55,076 nucleotides of DNA. Source: Candidatus Bathyarchaeia archaeon. GTDB lineage: Archaea; Thermoproteota; Bathyarchaeia; Bathyarchaeales; Bathycorpusculaceae. Made by a program: the position numbers and the translations under genes. Location: assembly GCA_050012755.1 (NCBI GenBank), contig JBEKGO010000012.1:1-55076 (forward strand). The letters run 5' to 3'. The notes beneath the pieces were generated by a model. The model did not search any database. It saw nothing but the letters and a program-made list of their open reading frames with translations, and had not been told where the DNA came from. Each line of letters opens with the position of its first letter. Within the stretch, counting starts at the first letter, position 1. Of this stretch, positions 48,098-55,076 are shown one piece after another.

Positions 48098-49603
48098 ATG
48101 AACGATAGCACATGGAAGTATCTGGTCACTTCGTTCTTGGTTTTCTCACTTTTGTCTTTAACTGTAATTTGTAATGTTGAGGCACAAAACAAGTTCGTTC
48201 TACGTAGTGAACAGCATTGGGACACCTATGGAGTAGGGGGTACATGCGACCATGGATCAAATGACCTTTTTATAGCCGATGTAGATGGCGACGGCATTAA
48301 TGAAATAATAGTAGGAGGCTTCACGTATAACATGATTAATGGTTCAAGAACAACATTGCAAGCCCCACTTACAACATGGAATTGGAACGGACAAAACTTT
48401 ACACTCAAATCAAGTTGCAAATGGCCTGGCACAATCGAAGTCGTTTACGCCGCAGATGTTGATAGTGATGGTGCAAAAGAGGTTATCACAGCTGGAGAGT
48501 TTACGAATGAATCAGGAACTTTCAGTTCTCTAAGAGTTTGGCATTGGAGCAATGGCGCGTTTAGTTTAGAAGCACACTATGAAGGGATTTCAGTTAGCTC
48601 CATTTTTGTTAGCACCTTGAACAATAAAGGCACGCCTGAAATATTTGCAACTGGAAGCTTTGATGCAGATTCCCAGCATACAGCTCAACTTTTCTTATGG
48701 CATTTGGAGGGAAATAGCCTTATCTTGGATAATAACTGGTCGTTAGATGCTGCTAACGTGACAAGTTCCAGTTCAGTTTACGTTTCAAATGTGACCAAAG
48801 ATGGCCAGATTGAGATTTTCACTGCAGGCTATTCTGGCAATCTGAATGACAGCAAGGGGCAACTCTGTACATGGTATCTGAATGGAACAACATTATCGCT
48901 AAAAGCTAATCAGGAATGGCAAATGCAATCAGGAGGCTACGCGCCAAATATCGCCGGGGGCATTTTAGGAAACACAGTTGTAAATAACTTAAAAGTAGGC
49001 GATGTAGATGGAAATGGTGTTCCAGAGATAGTAACAGGTGGGTTCACTTATGATGGCAGCAAAGCTGAAGGTCAGCTTAGAATCTGGAATTGGAACGGAA
49101 GTGCTTTGAATCTTCTGGGCAGTCGAGAATGGATAAATGATGATATTACTGAAGTTCTGAGTGTCTCTTTAGGTAATGTGGACAGCGATTCGTCAATAGA
49201 AATCGTTACCGGTGGGATGTTGGCACCTTATGGGAGCTTCAACACAAATGCTACCAAGCCAGATCGAGGGCAGGTTAGTGTCTGGAGCTGGAATGGAAAA
49301 ACTTTGACACTGAAAGAGAGTGAAGACTGGACTTTAGCCGAAGGTGTTAGTGTGTGGAATGTCGGCACAGCCGATTTGAATAATGATGGAAAAGTCGAGA
49401 TAGTAAGTTGCGGATGCATATCTTTCAACAGATTATGTGATCCTGACATGAGAATCTGGTCCATTATGCAAAGCTCCTCTGAAGAGGCTTTTTCAGCTTT
49501 GCCTCTCTTACTTTTAGCGACAATTGTGGCAATCTTAGTTTCTGCGGTAATTTTTATGGTGGCTAAGAGGCGGATTGTTAAAGCAAATAGAACAATTCTT
49601 TGA
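48098..49603 (+). CDS. Surface protein with FG-GAP/VCBS-like repeats and C-terminal TM anchor
   Basis: Signal peptide; repeated DVDGDGxxEI motifs; C-terminal hydrophobic helix with basic tail. Confidence 0.88.
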   Translation: MNDSTWKYLVTSFLVFSLLSLTVICNVEAQNKFVLRSEQHWDTYGVGGTCDHGSNDLFIADVDGDGINEIIVGGFTYNMINGSRTTLQAPLTTWNWNGQNFTLKSSCKWPGTIEVVYAADVDSDGAKEVITAGEFTNESGTFSSLRVWHWSNGAFSLEAHYEGISVSSIFVSTLNNKGTPEIFATGSFDADSQHTAQLFLWHLEGNSLILDNNWSLDAANVTSSSSVYVSNVTKDGQIEIFTAGYSGNLNDSKGQLCTWYLNGTTLSLKANQEWQMQSGGYAPNIAGGILGNTVVNNLKVGDVDGNGVPEIVTGGFTYDGSKAEGQLRIWNWNGSALNLLGSREWINDDITEVLSVSLGNVDSDSSIEIVTGGMLAPYGSFNTNATKPDRGQVSVWSWNGKTLTLKESEDWTLAEGVSVWNVGTADLNNDGKVEIVSCGCISFNRLCDPDMRIWSIMQSSSEEAFSALPLLLLATIVAILVSAVIFMVAKRRIVKANRTIL

Positions 49604-49756
49604 ATTATGTAAGTTTGAAGAAGCTTTATTTGCGAATAAAATGCTTTGGTAATAATAATGCGAGTTGCGTAGATAAAAAAATGTAAATTAACAATAAATA
49701 GCTATTTTTGATGTTATCAGTCTTAACAAAAAAAAGAAAAAGGGAAGTATTTGGTT

Positions 49757-52360
49757 TTATGCGTGTTTTCTGAGGATCAGTACACCAATTATGGCTATTG
49801 CAATGATTATAACGATTGCTACAACTGCCAAGTACATTAACAGGTCCGAGGATGTCGCTAGATTTTGTATTGGGGTTGGCGTTGCTGTTGGTTGTACCGC
49901 TGCATTAGCGTAAACGTGTGTTTCAGCAAATGATGCGTAATAGCCGTTTGTGCCTCCGAATTCAGCGTATATTGTGAAGCTGCCTGGAATATCAGGTGCC
50001 CAATTGAGGTTGAAGGTTCCGCTTGCATCTGTTGTGGCTGTGCCAATGCTTCGGAAGTTGTTATTTGAATCAACCACGCTTAAACTGACTGTAACGCCAG
50101 TGAAGTTGGTTGGTTCTGGTTGTTGCTGATAGACGTAGCCCATCCATTCTCGCATGCTTGCATCGGATGAAACTGGAACTCCATTTGGAAAGTCGCCGGC
50201 CTGTTCAGTCTGTGTTGTGCCTGTAGATTTGTCCATTACTGTGCCCTGGATGACGATTTTGTCGCCGACCGTGACGGAGGTAAGTGGTGCTTGTACTGTA
50301 GTTGCGCTTGGTCCTCTGCCGACAACGTAAATTGAGTTGTCATAGCCGTTGAACCAGGTGTTGTAGCCATCAGCCATAGCGTAGCTGCTAGTTGTGAATT
50401 CTCCAGTGTAAGCTGAAACAGTCCAGATTTCCTGTCCGGTAGTGGCGTTTATTGCTCGAGCCAATGATCCCTTGAACAAGGGTGTTTCAATAGTGTGCTC
50501 AGTAGTTACAGTGTATACGACTCCGTTGCCTATTGCGTTTATAAAGGTTGGATAGTGTCCGAAAGGTGATTCAAGACCAGAATTGGTGGAGTTACCTGAA
50601 CCGCCATTTCCATAAGTCCAAAGCAGATTGCCGGTCTTAGTATCATAGCAGAAGACTACTCCAGCGTATGCAGCACTGTAAAGTTTTCCATAAGCAAATC
50701 CGGCTGCCAATGTGCCTGCTCCTGGACTGCCGTAGTAATCAAGGCTTGGTTGTGATGGAGTCGGTCCCCATAGTCTTGAACCGGTGTCTAAACTGTAGCC
50801 AACAAAGTTGTTAGTTTCTCTAAGGTTTTCGACGAATACTCGGTTTACAGGGTCAATTCCGTCCTCAAGGACTGACAAGTTGCCTGCTGGTGCATTGTAG
50901 GTTTGGTGCCATAGAACTTGGCCTAGCGAGGATGGGTTCATGCTGAGAGCAAAGTATGTGTATGGTGTTGAGCTCGCTGTGCCCACGAAAGTTGCACCTG
51001 TTGAAGGTAGAGAGCCACTGTAGCATAATAGTATGTCACTGGTGATTCCTCCAACTTGGGTCACAGTTCCAGCAGTGTTAAGATATGGCGCAGACACATT
51101 CCAATCGAGCAACAATGCATTGCTTCCGTCAGTGATTGACGGGGCGTTAGTGGGCGTAAATAGCGTACCAATGGTATTTGCATTAAACCACAGTCTAGAT
51201 ATGTTCCATTCTTGTAGATAGTAGTTCGGACTCGCTCTAGTGCCGTAGTTAACCATTTTAATTATTAATTGTTCACCATTTGGGCCCATCAGTTTTGTTC
51301 CACTTGGAACATTTGTCAAGTTAAATAATGCATTTCCTGTGTATGCGTCAAATGCTCGATATGTACTACTGAATAGGATTGGTGGCCAAGTTCCGTGTTG
51401 GTTTTGGTTTTGTTGGTCAAATATGTAGCCGAAGGATGGTGCAGGAACATCGGTTCGTGACCATACTACTTGTCCTGTTTGCAGATTGACACAGACAGTG
51501 GGTCCCGAGCTAGGTCCGTTGTATCCCAATGGCGCAACGTAATAGAGCAGTCCTTCCATTATTATCGGGTTCACGAATCTTTGAGAGTAGGCTGATCCTT
51601 CGAAGTATGAAGCACCTGGGATTGCGCTTTGGTTTCCACCAACTATTCCGCCTGCTTGCAATGGTTTAGTCCACATAATATGGCTAGTCATTGAACCTAT
51701 AGAATCACCGTTATGTCCATTCATTATTTCGCCGCTGCCGCCAAAGCTCAAGCTATTGTATCCTACTGAACCGGTACCTAGCCAGTTTGACGAGATAACG
51801 TTCCAGTTAGGGTTAGTGCCATAGATTGGTCTTGTCCAGTAGTTGGTTGGAAGTGGGGGTAAGGCTAAGTTGGAGATTGGTGTCTGCTGAACTGTGAGTG
51901 TTGTTGAGGCAGAACTAGCAAGATACGTATCGTTGATGTATGCACTTTTTGTCGTAGTATAAGTGTAAATTTGACCTGGGAAAGTGAAGTTAAGTGTGTA
52001 AGCACCGACTGTGTCTGGGGCGAAGTAATAGTCTTGTGCTGATGTGGTGTCCTGAACGATGGGCCACGATTGTGTTGTTACTGTTCCATTTGGGTTAGTT
52101 ATGGTTAACTGGTAGTTTTGGAATCGAACAGCGTTATTAGCAGCAGCGCCATCTATAACATAGTTTAGCCACATTATAACTTCAACGCCTTGACCAACTC
52201 CAACGGGGTTGGGCGACGCATTGATGTAGGCAAATGTCGGTAACGACCATGGAGGTGTATGTGCGCCAGCGCTTGGCACGAGAAGCAATGAAGCTGACAT
52301 TGATACTATCAAGAATATAGCAAATGCAATAGCTGCAGTCTTATTTTTTCCTAATTTCAT
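49757..52360 (-). CDS. Large secreted PQQ-type beta-propeller repeat protein with C-terminal TM anchor
   Basis: Signal peptide; SPNPVGVGQ and LPTNYWTRPI; repeated TGxxxW blades; YDNSIY..GRGPS; PTATPTP linker and TM. Confidence 0.88.
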   Translation of the reverse strand: MKLGKNKTAAIAFAIFLIVSMSASLLLVPSAGAHTPPWSLPTFAYINASPNPVGVGQGVEVIMWLNYVIDGAAANNAVRFQNYQLTITNPNGTVTTQSWPIVQDTTSAQDYYFAPDTVGAYTLNFTFPGQIYTYTTTKSAYINDTYLASSASTTLTVQQTPISNLALPPLPTNYWTRPIYGTNPNWNVISSNWLGTGSVGYNSLSFGGSGEIMNGHNGDSIGSMTSHIMWTKPLQAGGIVGGNQSAIPGASYFEGSAYSQRFVNPIIMEGLLYYVAPLGYNGPSSGPTVCVNLQTGQVVWSRTDVPAPSFGYIFDQQNQNQHGTWPPILFSSTYRAFDAYTGNALFNLTNVPSGTKLMGPNGEQLIIKMVNYGTRASPNYYLQEWNISRLWFNANTIGTLFTPTNAPSITDGSNALLLDWNVSAPYLNTAGTVTQVGGITSDILLCYSGSLPSTGATFVGTASSTPYTYFALSMNPSSLGQVLWHQTYNAPAGNLSVLEDGIDPVNRVFVENLRETNNFVGYSLDTGSRLWGPTPSQPSLDYYGSPGAGTLAAGFAYGKLYSAAYAGVVFCYDTKTGNLLWTYGNGGSGNSTNSGLESPFGHYPTFINAIGNGVVYTVTTEHTIETPLFKGSLARAINATTGQEIWTVSAYTGEFTTSSYAMADGYNTWFNGYDNSIYVVGRGPSATTVQAPLTSVTVGDKIVIQGTVMDKSTGTTQTEQAGDFPNGVPVSSDASMREWMGYVYQQQPEPTNFTGVTVSLSVVDSNNNFRSIGTATTDASGTFNLNWAPDIPGSFTIYAEFGGTNGYYASFAETHVYANAAVQPTATPTPIQNLATSSDLLMYLAVVAIVIIIAIAIIGVLILRKHA

Positions 52361-52688
52361 TTCATTTCATTTCTCCTTTTAAGTGGGCTTTTTTTATGCT
52401 GACAAACGCTTATAATACTTTTTGTTGTGAAGGAATAATAGCAAAAAAATTAAGTAAACCCAACATAACAGGTTAAGAAAAATGCACTAGCAAATATGAA
52501 AACTAAGAAAGCGAGCGATCTGCGCAATAAAACAAACGTTGAAAAGTGAGAAAAACGAGCGGATTAGAAGAAATCGGCTCATCCTTCCTTTTCTGTCTAT
52601 CAGTCTGTCTCCTCTTGTTCTAGATGATCTAAATAGAACCCCATGTCAGAATCTAATAGAAAAAATGCCAAAAGCCAAAGTTGCCTGG

Positions 52689-53264
52689 TTAAGAATTTAT
52701 TTTTTTAAGTAGCCAAGCCATGTTTCTGCCCAAATCTTCCATGGTTTTTATGCCCTCATCATCTTTTTCAACGTCACCCTTGTTTAAGCCGATACCGACA
52801 TTCCAGTAGGATGAACCTGGAATTATCATTTGGTTGATGAGGAAGAAGTGGTTTATGGCATCAAAGGTTGGTATACCGCCTGCCCTTCGCACTGCTACAA
52901 CTGCGGCACCAATTTTTTGTTTAAACATGTTATTGTTGGACCGTGCAACAAATCCTGCGCGGTCAATTAGAGCTTTCATTTCGGGAGACATCATTGAAAA
53001 GTATGTGGGTGAACCAAGGATTATGCCATCGGCCTCAGCCATTTTCTGAATGTACAGGTTAACGTCATCGTTAACAATCTTACATTCTTTGTTTTTGACT
53101 TTGCGGCAGGTCCCGCAGGCCATGCAACCGTGAATCTGCTTCCCAGATAGCTGGATTAATTCAGTTTCTATTCCTTCTTTTTCAAGTATTTCAAGAACAT
53201 GGCGAATCAAAATCGCTGTGTTTCCGTCTTTCCTTGCGCTTCCATTAAAAGCAACAACCTTCAT
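52689..53264 (-). CDS. Iron-sulfur flavoprotein (flavodoxin-like NADPH-dependent FMN reductase family)
   Basis: GSARKDGNT, compact Cys motif CMACGTC...C, GSPTYF, VRRAGG, SSYWN. Confidence 0.92.
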   Translation of the reverse strand: MKVVAFNGSARKDGNTAILIRHVLEILEKEGIETELIQLSGKQIHGCMACGTCRKVKNKECKIVNDDVNLYIQKMAEADGIILGSPTYFSMMSPEMKALIDRAGFVARSNNNMFKQKIGAAVVAVRRAGGIPTFDAINHFFLINQMIIPGSSYWNVGIGLNKGDVEKDDEGIKTMEDLGRNMAWLLKKINS

Positions 53265-53551
53265 TTCAATTACCGTTTTATCCGTAATGTGTAATTATAT
53301 AAAAAGGATAGCGGAAGGTAAACCCTAACATGTTCCTTTTTTTCAACAGAACAACCAAGACTATAATTGCAATTAAGGGTGCAGCTTTGACAAGGTAAAC
53401 AGAAAGTGTAACTGGAATGGTTAAGCAGAGAAAAGTTAGCTGTTTAATACACCCTTACCCTGCGCAGTCCACATTCCATTCGTAACCTCTTATACCTTTG
53501 CAAATTATCGCTCGGCGGCAAAGCTTAAGGCAATATAGTAGCTAGTGTTTA

Positions 53552-54841
53552 TTATTCGAAGTGGTAGGCTTCTTCTCCGTGCTGACTGAGGTCTAAGCCA
53601 TCTTCTTCTTCCTTAGGACTCACGCGGAGGGGTGAAAACAGATCCACCAATCTTAGAAGCAAGTAAGAACCGACAAACGCGAATGCAGAAACGACTACTA
53701 CTGCAAGAGCTTGGATACCAAGTTGAGCAGGATGACCATAAAATAGTCCGTTAACGTTGGGATTAACCAAAGCTGTTGCGAACAACCCAACTGCAATGGC
53801 ACCGATCATGCCGCCGATTCCATGGCAGGCAAAAACGTCAAGTGTATCATCTATTCTAGATCTGCCCGCTCGCCAATTAGCCACCAAGTTGGAAACTACT
53901 CCCGCAACCAAGCCGATGATAACTGCTGCCATGAAACTAACGTAACCTGAAGCAGCTGTAATTGCTGCCAAACCACACACGGAACCAACTGCAATACCTA
54001 TCGCTGAAGGCTTGCCTTTAATTACCCAATCCATAAGCATCCAACTTACTGCTGCTGCAGCGGCTGCCAAGTTAGTACATACAACAGCGGAGGCAGCAAG
54101 ATTGTCGGCTGCTAATGCGCTGCCCCCATTGAAACCGAACCATCCGAACCAAAGTAAGCCTGCGCCTAAAATTACGTATGGAATGTTTGTTGGCTTAAAC
54201 TCAGCTGCTGAAGATGAGGGTTTGCCTGCGCCTTTTTGGTCTAAGGCTTTAAGCTGGTCTTTCCAGTAGACACAGCCCTTTCTTCTGCCAACAACAAGTG
54301 CAGCTGCCAATGCAGATAAACCGGCTGCAATGTGCACTACTATGCCGCCTGCGAAGTCAAAGGCACCCAACACGTGAAGCCAACCGTTGGCGTTCCATAC
54401 CCAATGGGCAATGGGAGAGTAAATGAGGGTTGACCACAAAACAACAAAGATGAGCAGTGATTTGAACCGTATTCTTTCTGCACAAGCACCTATGATTAGA
54501 GCGGGGGTGATTGCGGCAAACTTCAGCTGGAAAGCGAAGAACAGAATTTCTGGAATATCTGGCGCATATGACGTATTAATAGTATTTATAGTTAGGCCAT
54601 TTAATCCAAATAAGTTTGGGCTGAAGCCTATGATTCCACCTATGCTTTTTCCATAAACGAAGCTATAGCCCCAAAAGAACCAAACAAGACTTACTACCGC
54701 AAAAATAATGATGCACTGAACCAGTGTGGAGACAAGGTTTTTTCTTCGCACTAAGCCGCCATAAAAGAAAGCCAAGGCTGGAACCATTAACATTACTAGG
54801 GCCGTTGATGTTAGTACCCACGCGATGTCAGCTGCTCCCAT
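53552..54841 (-). CDS. amtB: Ammonium transporter
   Basis: FYGGLVRRKN, DFAGGIVVH, WFGWFGFNGGS, DDTLDVFACHG, GLDLSQHGE. Confidence 0.97.
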   Translation of the reverse strand: MGAADIAWVLTSTALVMLMVPALAFFYGGLVRRKNLVSTLVQCIIIFAVVSLVWFFWGYSFVYGKSIGGIIGFSPNLFGLNGLTINTINTSYAPDIPEILFFAFQLKFAAITPALIIGACAERIRFKSLLIFVVLWSTLIYSPIAHWVWNANGWLHVLGAFDFAGGIVVHIAAGLSALAAALVVGRRKGCVYWKDQLKALDQKGAGKPSSSAAEFKPTNIPYVILGAGLLWFGWFGFNGGSALAADNLAASAVVCTNLAAAAAAVSWMLMDWVIKGKPSAIGIAVGSVCGLAAITAASGYVSFMAAVIIGLVAGVVSNLVANWRAGRSRIDDTLDVFACHGIGGMIGAIAVGLFATALVNPNVNGLFYGHPAQLGIQALAVVVVSAFAFVGSYLLLRLVDLFSPLRVSPKEEEDGLDLSQHGEEAYHFE

Positions 54842-55076
54842 ACTTGTCTCCTCTCAGCGTCAATAGTGTTTGTTTGTTCTTGCATGTTGGGAAAACTAAT
54901 ATTTAAACTATACATTCGCATTGATAACGGCTATTATTATGGATGAATGCGCAAGAAACCGCTCGCTATATTTGCATTCTTTCAAAGGTTAGCGTAAAGC
55001 TACACTCTTTATGGAAAAGCGTCCAAAAAACAATGATTAAAGCGTTAAATGTTCAAAAATGTATTTCTAAATTAAG

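Noticed and set aside
53370-53480. Several 7-8 bp complementary segments between amtB and the flavoprotein gene
   Set aside because: Short pairings without repeat or covariation support; could be chance or terminator structure.

Overview
Archaeal chromosomal segment, most likely Bathyarchaeia. Evidence: archaeal-type uS12/uS7 and PheS/PheT, mch, a BHB-type tRNA intron, TATA/BRE promoters, and large secreted beta-propeller proteins with C-terminal membrane anchors. It holds about 45 recognisable CDSs, three tRNA genes (Pro-GGG, intron-containing Leu-CAG, His-GUG), a VapBC module, kdpABC without kdpDE, a phosphate transporter pair and amtB. An IS481-like end at the left edge truncates a PAS histidine kinase. 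Four signals are not explained by the ORF track. (1) A 12-16 aa ORF (MRVRPIRAKYWG, 44223-44261) with its own promoter lies beside a polyprenyl-synthase-fold enzyme that has lost its IPP-binding motifs, an MFS protein and a radical SAM/SPASM enzyme: a candidate archaeal ComQ/ComX-like prenylated-peptide or RiPP locus. (2) A ~318-nt minus-strand structured RNA (34745-35062) has a closing helix and three covarying repeat domains. (3) A TTRTGA-N5-TCAYAA palindrome sits next to the TATA boxes of an APC permease, the kdp operon and a KdpF-like microprotein. (4) Twin 33-aa C4 zinc-finger microproteins, differing almost only at synonymous sites, flank the VapBC pair. All family assignments come from motif recognition by eye; no database searches were run.
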